A stretch of 64,000 bases of DNA from Octopus vulgaris (lineage: Eukaryota), in the NCBI GenBank assembly GCA_951406725.2, contig OX597819.1:47678001-47742000 (forward strand), written 5' to 3'. Of this stretch, positions 54,050 through 64,000 are shown in pieces (within the stretch, counting starts at the first letter, position 1; each line of letters begins with the position of its first letter). A model generated the notes under the pieces. That model was given only the letters and a program-made list of their open reading frames with translations, made no database searches and was not told the origin of the DNA. The position numbers and the translations under genes were made by a program.

Positions 54050-54266
54050 ATGTGCGTGTGTGTTAGTATGTCTGTGTTTGTCCCCCCAACATTGCTTGAC
54101 AACCGATGCTGGTATGTTTACATCCCCATTACTTAGCGGTTCGGCAAAAGAGACCAATAGAATAAGTACTAAGCTTACAAAGAATAAGTCCTGGGGTCGA
54201 TTTGCTCGACTAAAAGGCGGTGCTCCAGCATGGCCACAGTCAAATGACTGAAACAAGTAAAAGAGA
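53852..54266 (+). mobile_element. SINE family B copy
   Basis: Full-length match to 13816-14208. Confidence 0.88.
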
Positions 54267-54411
54267 GTAAAGAGTCCTTTTTTATTTGCTATCATTCTCA
54301 TTATATTATAAACAAAGGCTAAAGAACCATTATATCTGCAAAATTTTTATTATGAGCTTTGAAAAGGAGAGATTTATAAAAGAAAAGAGAATCATTTCTG
54401 AAAAATCTTAC

Positions 54412-54561
54412 ATTTTCTGGAGTTATCTGATTGTTTCCACCAAGTATGTGTACACTTTTATCAACCATTGAAATTGCGCATAGAGACTTAGCTGTAGCTT
54501 TAACACTCAGTTTGACATCAACTTTCGGTTGGGCAGAATCTTTATTGAACATCATGCTGAC
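54412..54561 (-). CDS. TEP/A2M exon (VSMMFNKDSAQP...SLCAISMVDKSVHILGGNNQITPEN)
   Basis: SLC..VDKSV motif; TAG acceptor, GTAAG donor; 150 nt, phase 0-0. Confidence 0.95.
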
Positions 54562-54945
54562 CTAAGAATAAAAGTTAAAAACATGAAATCATCCAATCTT
54601 TTTTTTTTTTTTGTCTTGTCTGCATAATTTTATCTGATTTTGTAAATGAACAATCTGCTGAGTTTATTTTAATGACCTATCAATGTGTACAGTGAGTTTC
54701 TTTGCCCTAAATGTCAGGAAGATACTCAACAAAAAATGGAAACAATACTGAAAGAAGAAAATCTTGTAATAAAATGCTTATTGTATACATTGCTCAGGTG
54801 CAAATTCTTGACTTCTTTAAAAATTAATTTCAAACTGTATATTTGTTTTATAATATTGTCAGTTGTGGGATTAAATCTAACAAAAGCAAGAAAATTCAAA
54901 GAATTGAAAAACAAAAGAAATGACTTTTTTTAATTATTTGCTTAC

Positions 54946-55115
54946 TGGATTTGGGAAACAATTTTTAACTGGTATTTTGATACTGTCAGAAATAATTTCA
55001 TCATCTGATCTGATGTAATACACAATGAGGGTTGAGTCAGGTCCAAGTTGATAAGGAATAGTTAGAGTTTGTTTGTAAATAGGTTTTTGCTTTTTAGAAC
55101 TTTCCTCCTTTTCAT
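54946..55115 (-). CDS. TEP/A2M exon (DEKEE...LIVYYIRSDDEIISDSIKIPVKNCFPNP)
   Basis: A2M motif 'LIVYY..DGEI+xDS...V..CF.N'; CAG acceptor, GTAAG donor. Confidence 0.93.
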
Positions 55116-55950
55116 CTGCAGAATGATAAAACATGGGAAGAAAATTTTCAAAAAGTCAAATGATTATGTATACATTTCTGCATTGTTTTTTTGTTTTTTT
55201 TAATTTGGGTTTTTTTTAATCCTTGCTGGTACCAGATAGTAGAAAACTTTGGGAACCATATCTCTATAATATAATTCGACTTCCAAAGAATAGCAACTAA
55301 ATCTACCTCAAACCACACTCTACCACCTTAGAATAAAAAAAAAAAGAAATTTGCTCAATCCTACCACTCACAAACTTTGTTTCCACATAACTTCCTTTTC
55401 TTTTTTTTTTTTGTGAAATTTTTCTGGAGATAATTTTTATATAGTATAGTATTTGATTAAGTAGAAAAAACTGAAAAATGTTTCTCTATTTTTTTGAGAC
55501 TCATTCCTTCCACCCAACAGGACCTTGTTAAATGCATGTATTTTGAGGAAATTTTTCCAAGATGCATTTTCAGGGGTGTAGATTACAATTATCATAACAA
55601 AATTTGATGTAAACTTTTTCTTGGTAAATAAAGTCAGTGGAGCATACTTCTGTACAATAATGTGTTCCTCAACTTTGTTTTTTTCATAATTTTCTTAAAT
55701 AAGCATATTTTTTTATGAAATTTTCTGGAGATACATTTTCAAGGGTGTAGGATATGATTATCATGATAAAATTTGAATACAGTTTTAATTGTAATCTCAC
55801 TTCTCAACCACATGGTCCTAGGTTCAAACCCACTGCATGGCACCTTGGACAAATGTCTTTTACTATAGAACAGGGTCAACCAAAACCTTGTGAGTGGATT
55901 AGGTAGACAAAAACTGAAAATAGCCCATCATATATGTGTATGTATGTATA

Positions 55951-56374
55951 TACATGGTCTAATCAATAAGTATCCGGACTGTTGCCATAGTAATGAAGTT
56001 AAAACATGGAGAGTGAAACCACTTGGCACAGATTGACCTTGAACTCTGCTGTGCATACACACTAAGTTTTAACATTCTAGCTCACCTCTGCTGTTACAGC
56101 AGTGCTTGAAAGGAAGGTGTGTAACGTGATCATCGCATTGACCATGACAGAGAAAGTTGAGCAGAGAATCTGCATCAAATTCTGCTAAAAGCTTGATGAT
56201 ACCAAAGTAGGCGTAGGAGTGGCTGTGTGGTAAGTAGCTTGCTTACGAACCACATGGTTCCGGGTTCAGTCGCACTGCACAGCACCTTGGGCAAGTGTCT
56301 TCTACTATAGCCTCGGGCTGACCAAAACCTTGTGAATGGATTTGGTAGATGGAAACTGAAAGGAGCCTGTCATA

Positions 56375-56437
<63 letters not shown>

Positions 56438-57030
56438 ATATGTTTGTGTGTCTGTGTTTGTCCTCCCAACATCCCTTGACAACTGATGCTGGTGTGTTTA
56501 CATCCCCGTAACTTAGCGGTTCGGCAAAAGAGATCGATAGAATAAGTACTAGGCTTATAAAGAATAAGTCCTGGGGTTGATTTGCTCAACTAAAGGCGGT
56601 GCTCCAGCATGGCCACAGTCAAATGACTGAAACAAGTAAAAGAGAGAGAGTAAAGAGTAAAGTTTTCAAAAAGTTTTCATCATTCTCAACACAATCAAGG
56701 AGATCTTGTGCAAATGAAACCCAGGTGTCTTTTTGGTCAGCTGAAAGCAGTTTTGGCACAAACTTGGCAAACATGCAACTCATACCCAAATCTTCCGTGA
56801 TAATGGACTAAACTGAACCATAACTGATCTGCGCATCCTCTTATTACTCACAGATGGTGATTTGATGATTTCTCCTCACAGCTGCAATGTTTTTCTCAGT
56901 TCTGTTGTTTGCAGGTCTCCCAGAACATTTATCAATATTGATATTTTTTGGCCATCTTGGAAATGTCTCATACACTCCTCTCCATACACTTTCTCTGCAA
57001 CCTTGCATAGTCCTCTGAGCAGGCATTGCC
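55951..57030. mobile_element. Rearranged mariner relic interrupted by a SINE B copy (56210-56650)
   Basis: The plus strand has a TIR-like start and MTEKVEQRICIKFC. The minus strand (about 57000-56665) has KVYGEECM...SGRP...AKFVPKLLSADQK. Confidence 0.65.
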
Positions 57031-57886
57031 ATGACAACATTCTGAATTAGGCACAAGGCCAACAGTTTAAATGAGGGGAGGTGAGTCAATACCATTAGCC
57101 CCAGTACTTGATTGTACTTTATCGACAGTCAAAAGGTAACGTTGATCCCAGTGGGATTTGAACTCAGGATATAAAGAGTCAGAAGAAATACTGAAAGTTA
57201 TTTTGTTAATATTAAAAATTAAAATTTCTAAGATAAGCACAAGGCTACTGATTTTTTTTCTTAGGGAGGGAACAATTTACTCTTTTACACTGTCACTCGT
57301 TTCAGTCATTTGACTGAGGCCATGCAGGAACACCACATTAAAGGGTTTTTGTTGAAGAAATCAACCTCAGAACTTATTCTTTGTAAGCCTAGTACTTATT
57401 CTATCAGTTTCTTTTGCCAAACCGCTAAGTTACGGGGATATAGACACATCAACATCAGTTGACAAGCGATGGTGGGAGGACAAACACACACATATATATA
57501 TATATACACACACAACAGGCTTCTTTCAGTTTTCATCCACTCACAAGGCTTTGGTCAGCCTGGGGCTATAATAATAGACACTTGCCCAAGGTGCCACATA
57601 GTAGGACTGAACTCAGGACCATGTGGTTGGAAAACAACACAGCCATCCCTGTGCTTATGCACACTGCCACACTTGTGCCTATTTAATTAAAACTAGTAAT
57701 AATTATTTTATCAATCTCCAAAGAATGAACAACAGAAATGATCTCGACAAGATTTAATCACAAGACATTAAAAGTTGCAAGGAGGCATTTTATCTGCCTC
57801 TCTTGCCAATTCTGAAATGCTCTGCATAATACTTATAATATAACTGAAAAAAAAAAAACTATGGAAAAAAAATATAACATTTAAAC

Positions 57887-58046
57887 CTGTTTCCTCATCT
57901 TGATTTTGTTCATCATTCATCTTTGAATTATTTTTTTTATCTGAAGAAGCAACTTTCAGATCTGGTTCCTTGAATAAGATGTGATGCAGAGTAGAATGAT
58001 TATGATTTGTAGAATTCGACACCAAAGTTTTGCCATAAGATAAGAC
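57887..58046 (-). CDS. TEP/A2M exon (VLSYGKTLV...QNQDEET)
   Basis: Acceptor TTTCTAG and a weak donor GTTTAA. Phase 0 to 1 fits both neighbours; YYQ-VLSYG resembles the A2M 'YYxIMxxG' motif. Confidence 0.78.
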
Positions 58047-58329
58047 CTAGAAAGACAGAAGAGAAAAAATCATAGAAATTTTAATTATCTAATTAGCAAA
58101 TGATTAAAAAAAAAAATAAATAATTGCTTATTCAGCACTATTTTCAGTGTTTAAATTTTTTCCATGTTTTAAGTGCTAGTATGGTTGTTCAGTTAAAAAA
58201 AGCTTGTTTTAATAAAAAAATAGGTCTAGGTTTCATCCTACTGCACAGCTCTTTGATAATTATCTTTTGATATAGATCCTCAGGCTGGCCTACATCTTGT
58301 GAGTTTCATTTGGCAGACAGAATTTTATA

Positions 58330-59065
58330 CTTCTTTTATTTTTCAAAATTAAGATAAACAAAGTTCTTTTTCAATCTAAATAGATTTTCTACAATGCTCT
58401 TCCATCTATCTGGTAGACTTGCAAGATGCCTCTTCCAAAATTCCCTTGTGCATCATGAAAAATACTCCTCCAGTACTGTTCTGACCTTGTCTACAGAATT
58501 TATATTTATTCCATCCAAATGATTTTGAAAACTGTGGAATAAATGATAATCAGATGGGGCAATGTCTGGTGAATATGGTGGGTGGAGCATCATTTCCTAT
58601 TCAAACTGCTCCAGCCTTTTGACGGTCATCCTTGCTGTATTTGGCCGAGCATTATCCTGATGGAAGAACACCTTTTGTCTTGAAACCAAAGATTGTTGTT
58701 TTTCTTCTAGTTTTGACTTAAGCTACTTGAGCTGCTCACAGTAGATCTCCTTTGTTATTGTTTGGTATGGGTTTAAAAGTTTGGAGTGGACTAAACCTTT
58801 TATATCTCACCAAACAGATAACAACACCTTACATAGGTGAAGACCTTCTTTAGCCTGGGGTGCCAGTGTTTCTCCTTTCCCTACTCACTGTCTGCCTTCG
58901 GCACTTGACATTTTTATACAGAGCCCATTTCTCATCAACAGTCATTATTCAATCCAAAAAAGGTTCATTTGTGAGACGTGATAGCAAAGAAGAGCACACA
59001 TTCACTCTCTGTGTATGATTAGACTCAGAAAGTTTGTGAGGAACCTACTAACCCAATTTGCTGAC
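58330..59065 (-). mobile_element. Mariner transposase relic (catalytic domain)
   Basis: TVDEKW, FHQDNAR and PPYSPDIAP motifs with stops and frameshifts. Confidence 0.8.
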
Positions 59066-59953
59066 AGACAGGCAGGCAGGCAAACAGACAGATAAATAGA
59101 TAGATAGATAGACAGACAGACAGGTAGATAGATAGATAGATAGATAGATAGATCATCATCATCATCATCGTTTAACGTCTGCTTTCCATGCTGGCATTGG
59201 TTTGATGGTTTGACAGAGGACTGGTGAGCCAGAGGACTGGTGAGCCAGAGGCTGCACCAGGCCTGGTCTGGCAAAGTTTCTACAGCCAGATGCTCTTCCT
59301 AACGCCAACTAATCCGAGAGCGTAGTGGGTGCTTTTTACATGCCACCAGCATGAGGGCCAGTCAGGTAGTTCTGGCAACGACCACGCTCACAAGGTGTTT
59401 TTACGTGCTACCTGCATGGGAGCCAGTCCAGTGGCCCTGGCAATGAACACGCTCGAATGTTGTTTTTCACATACCACTGGCACATGAGCCGGTAAGGCAA
59501 CACTGGCTACAATCATGTTCGAATGGTGCTTTTCATGTGTCACCGGCATGGGAGCCAAACTGTGGCCCTGACAACGGTCATGCTCGGATGTGCTTTTAAC
59601 GTTCCGCTAGCATGAGTGCCAATCAGGTGGTACTGTCATCGGCCATGTCAGAGATTTTGGTTTGTTTACACTTGCCTTAATAGGTCTTCGCAAGCAAAGT
59701 TCATTGTCCAATGAATGAGGGGTACTCGTAAGTGGCCAGGTTACACCCCACGTTTGGATGTGCTTTTAACGTTCCACTGGCATGAGTGCCATCAGGCGGT
59801 ACTATCATCGGTCACGTCAGCAAGTTTGATTTTGATTTCACTTGCCTCAACAGGTCTTCACAGGCAAGGTTTATTGTTCAATGAATGAGGGGTATTCATA
59901 AATGGGCTGGTTACACCCACTGGCATAGGCCATGAGCTATGGTCTCATTTGGC

Positions 59954-60008
<55 letters not shown>

Positions 60009-60010
<2 letters not shown>

Positions 60011-60167
60011 CAGAAGTAATTTTTTTTATTTTCAAACGAGTGATAATGCTAATAAAATAGCGTGAACAGGATAAATTATCCATTCATTGCAGAAAGATAT
60101 GTTACCAGTCACATGCTATTTTATTAGCATTATCAAGCGTTTGAGAATAGAAAAATTTATTTCTGTA
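60009..60167. repeat. Imperfect palindrome (MITE-like)
   Basis: TGATAATGCTAATAAAATAGC / GCTATTTTATTAGCATTATCA, with matching outer arms. Confidence 0.85.
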
Positions 60168-60507
60168 TCTTTCAATACACCTCAACACTTCTAAAACAAA
60201 CTTTGTTTGTTTACTTTCATTGTAAGTTTATATATATATATATATACACACACACACATATATATACATATATCTATGTATATGTATGTATATATATATA
60301 TATGTGTGTATGTATATGTGTGTGTGTGTATATATCATCATCATCATCATCATCATCATTTAGTGTCCGCTTTCCATGCTAGCATGGGTTGGACGGTTCA
60401 ACTGGGGTCTGGGAAGCCAGAAGGCTGCATCAGGCCCAGTCTGATCTGGCAGTGTTTCTACGGCTGGATGCTCTTCCTAACGCCACATATATATATGTTT
60501 GTATGTG

Positions 60508-60576
<69 letters not shown>

Positions 60577-61071
60577 CAAATTGAGATAGGGGTTGTAAAT
60601 GCAACACTCTATGGGATAACGTATATCCAATATACTGCTAGTGAAGTACCCAACAAAGTTAATACATAAATGTTAATGATTGCGATGCATGGTGATTGAG
60701 TATTATCTAGTAATTGATATTTGATTTAGATGTGTTTCTCCATTTTCTTGTATTTTTCTACATACCTTAATATATATTCCAGGCGCTACGTACCCTCTTA
60801 ACATTAATGTGAGCACATATTCTTAAAAATTGGTACGACTCTCTGTTTGTTTCCCTCTCTCTCACTTTTACTTGATCTGTCCCCTTCTCTCTCTTTTCTC
60901 TCTACTCATCCTCTTTTTCTCTTCTCTTTCCTCTGATTCTTTGGTCTACTCTTCCCTTACCCTTCCATTTCTTTGTCTCGCTCTGCACTCACAGGTCAAT
61001 CTTCGACACCCATCCCTTCTCCTCTCTGATTCCTTCTTTCTCTCTCTTCTCTCCCCTTGTTGCGTTTGTCC

Positions 61072-61113
<42 letters not shown>

Positions 61114-61646
61114 TCCTTTGCTTCCCTTTCTTTTCTTTTCTCTCTTCTCTGTCACGTGACCGCTGGCCGAAATCTGCCTTTCAGCTTCCCACCAGCGACG
61201 TGTTAACATCGTTGTTTTTCGTCCGCCGCCAAGGCATCGCCGATAAGGCTCCTTTCCAAAAAAGCGCCAGAGAAAATTTGTTTGCTTGTTATCAGTCGTA
61301 AGACACTTGTTGTTTTCACCGTTAATGCTTCTGTATTTCATGTTTCTGTATTCCATTATTGTTTTTTGTCTTTTATATTCGTCCCTTTTGCTGTCCCGGT
61401 GTTCGTATGCATTCGATCCTTCTTCCAGGAAATCTACGCTCCCAGCTTAGCTTTTCTAATGCTCGTTGCTTAGTTTTTCTTGGAGGGCTGGCCGTGATCT
61501 AGTAATCTCAAGATTAATCAGCCGAAATTACTACGATGATCCGGTTCTTGACTGAAGACTGAGGGTTTCGAATGTCCTGTCCGTGTTTATTGTATCGTCT
61601 TCTAAGAGTTATACGTTCTTGTCCATGTTGTATTTTTCTACATACC

Positions 61647-61693
<47 letters not shown>

Positions 61694-62119
61694 TAACAGA
61701 ATGAGATAAAAAATTCAAGGCTGAAGTGAAGGTCTTACATCTGTTTCGGGGGATATTTTATATATCCCTTCATCAGAGACGGTGCGAGAAAATGGGTAAG
61801 TAATAGTTATTATAGAGAAGATATGAAATACAGAGTGAAGTGGAGAAATGAAAACAGATGTAAGATAACGTAAGGATATTGTATCTGCAGTTCCATTATT
61901 TAAGTAGAATGGTGTCATCATCATCATATATATATATATGACCAGTATCAAACACATACACAAGATATGTGTTTTGTTAGTTCATGAGTAGACTGCACTT
62001 ATAGGTGTAAGAGAATATATTCTCATCAATTTGGCTAGTGTTAAAACACCTATAAGTCATAGGCAAACAAGATAACATAGATAAGTGAGATAACATGAAC
62101 TAGTACTTGATTTACTTGG

Positions 62120-63243
62120 TGAAGAAATTTTCATCCCGTTGGGCCAAAAGTTCATCAGAATCAGACATGACATCATCATTACTATGATATTGGTTTCCAG
62201 TCAAGTGTTTTTTCAAGTTGGGAAACAGATGATAGTCACATGGGGCCAAATAAGGAAAATAGGGAGGAGTGATCAATCAGTTCAATGCCACAGTCACACA
62301 TAGCAGCTGTTGAAAGCAAGGACTTGTGTGCTGGAATATTGTCCTGATGAAACAAGATCCCTTTTGTCAGTTTTCCTGGGTGTTTGATTTTCATAGCCTT
62401 TCATAGCTGCCTCAGCAAGTTGGCATAGCACTCTCCATTGATGGTGTGGTCCTTTTGAAGATAGTTAAGGAACACAATGCTTTTTGCATCCCCAAAAACT
62501 AAGGTCCTCACCTTCTCTGCAGATGAAACAACCTTGGCCTTCTTTGGAGCAGATGAGGAAGAGTGTTTCCCCTGCATGGATTATCTCTTTGTCACTGGCT
62601 CAAAGTGATGAACCCAATACTTATCCTGGCTTAGGCAATGTTCAAGGAAGCCAGCTGGATCTCCTTCAAACAATGTCAGATTTTCCTTTGATATGATCAG
62701 CCTGGTGTGCTTTTTTCACCAAGTGTCAGAAGATTGGAACCCACTAAAAGCCTTCGTCATGCCAAGTTCATTGTGCAGATTATTCTCAACTCTCTCACAG
62801 GATAAGCTAATAGCATTGGCTGTTGGATTCATAGTCAATAGCCTGCCATCCATCATTATGTGGTGAACACAATCAGTGTCTTCCTTGGTGGTGGCAGTTG
62901 CAGGACATCTAGACCTTGGGTCATTTTCAAGACTCTCCCTTCCCCTCCTAAACTAAGTATCATTCCTTAATGTGGCAACTTTGTCAGTATGAATGACCTT
63001 GGGAGCTAAACCCTTTTTCCTGCAGGTACTTGATAACACTACTATGCCAAATTTTGTCCATTTTCAAGAGAAGTTGCTACTAGCTACTTTTGAAGTCTTC
63101 TTTGAATAGTCAGATATCAGTTTACCTGGAAGGAAATAATGCAGTTATTAATAAGAAGAACTGAAATTAATGCATGCAAGATTACACAGCTCTAACATCA
63201 CTCCTTCATAGTCAGCCTATGAACTTTACAGCCCACCTTTGTA
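62120..63243 (-). mobile_element. Mariner relic, 3'-truncated
   Basis: MDKIWHSSVIKYLQ start at about 63062, then WVP, HQDN and LAPCDYHLFPNLKKH motifs; a TIR-like end at about 63215-63241. Confidence 0.8.
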
Positions 63244-63848
63244 TGTAAAAATGAAGTGAAGTAAAGTATCAAGCCAGCAAGGGGACTACTATAAAGCCTT
63301 TGACCTTCTTGAAATAGCAGCCAAATGTCCTCGCCTTCCCTAGCATCTTTTACCCATTAGCATTTATATTACTCTATCAAATTTAATGCTTATTTATTCA
63401 TATTGCTTTAAATTAATCATACATTGTCTTGAAGTTTTGAATTTTTGATGATATGGTTATTTATTTCTAAAATGACATTGTAGAGTAGGTGAGAGAGACT
63501 ATGGCCAATTTAAATGCTAAAGGTTAAAAAAGAAAGCAACCATTTATTCTTACATATACAGATCGTATTCTTACATATACAGATTGTTACAGCATGACCA
63601 CCTTTCATCATGGGTCTCTCTCTCTTTCAGAATACGATAAAATCTTCTGTATATAATCAGAGCTGTCTCTATATATTATCTGAGCTGCTTTATTAAGACT
63701 GACTTGGTGCTAAGCTGCAACTACATGTAAAGTGTCTGGTTCAATTCTCTCCTAACTGCACCACCTCATCAGCTCTAATTTAGGATATCACCATTAACAC
63801 AGATAATAAGAGCAACAATTACAAACTAAAATAAGAAAATTGCTTCAC

Positions 63849-64000
63849 CTGGTAATATATAGTCATAGGTTCTTGTGTTTGATCATAATTATAATAAAAA
63901 GCAAATTTAGTTTCATTGGCACATGGTAGTTTGTTGTATACTCGTTCAATAGAAATAAAACTGTCACTTAGTGAGTACCACTGATACAGGACAAATACTT
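63849..64000 (-). CDS. TEP/A2M exon, 5' end outside the window (VFVLYQWYSLSDSFISIERVYNKLPC...TIYYQ)
   Basis: Open frame with an A2M-like 'YSxSxSFIxIE...LPC' motif; donor GTGAAG, phase 0. Confidence 0.85.

Noticed and set aside
55370-55790. Degenerate repeats of GAAATTTT..GGAGAT..TTTTCA.GGGTGTAG
   Set aside because: Probably an old transposon relic; no termini or TSD could be identified.

Overview
Eukaryotic, AT-rich, microsatellite- and SINE-dense genomic DNA. The repeat landscape resembles coleoid cephalopod (Octopus-like) genomes; this is an inference, not verified. The whole window lies inside one minus-strand gene for a thioester-containing protein of the alpha-2-macroglobulin/TEP family. 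I reconstructed 19 GT-AG exons by hand; they have fully compatible phases and give about 1,021 codons, and both gene ends lie outside the window. Diagnostic motifs are FPETWLW, PDTITTW, GCGEQ, WLTAFV and GGFTSTQDTV. The introns hold a full-length degenerate mariner, a Tc1-like element, further mariner relics, piggyBac- and hAT-type MITEs, two solo LTRs, RTE, CR1/L2 and R4/Dong LINE fragments, three tRNA-derived SINE families and a (TA)n array of about 3.8 kb. The most unusual observations are a 28S rRNA fragment starting at the R2 target site, a strongly cationic furin-flanked insert in the TEP linker, minimal hammerhead-ribozyme-like motifs, a duplicated splice acceptor, a copied piece of the thioester exon, and inverted MITEs bracketing an exon. 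No new biological system can be established from the sequence alone.
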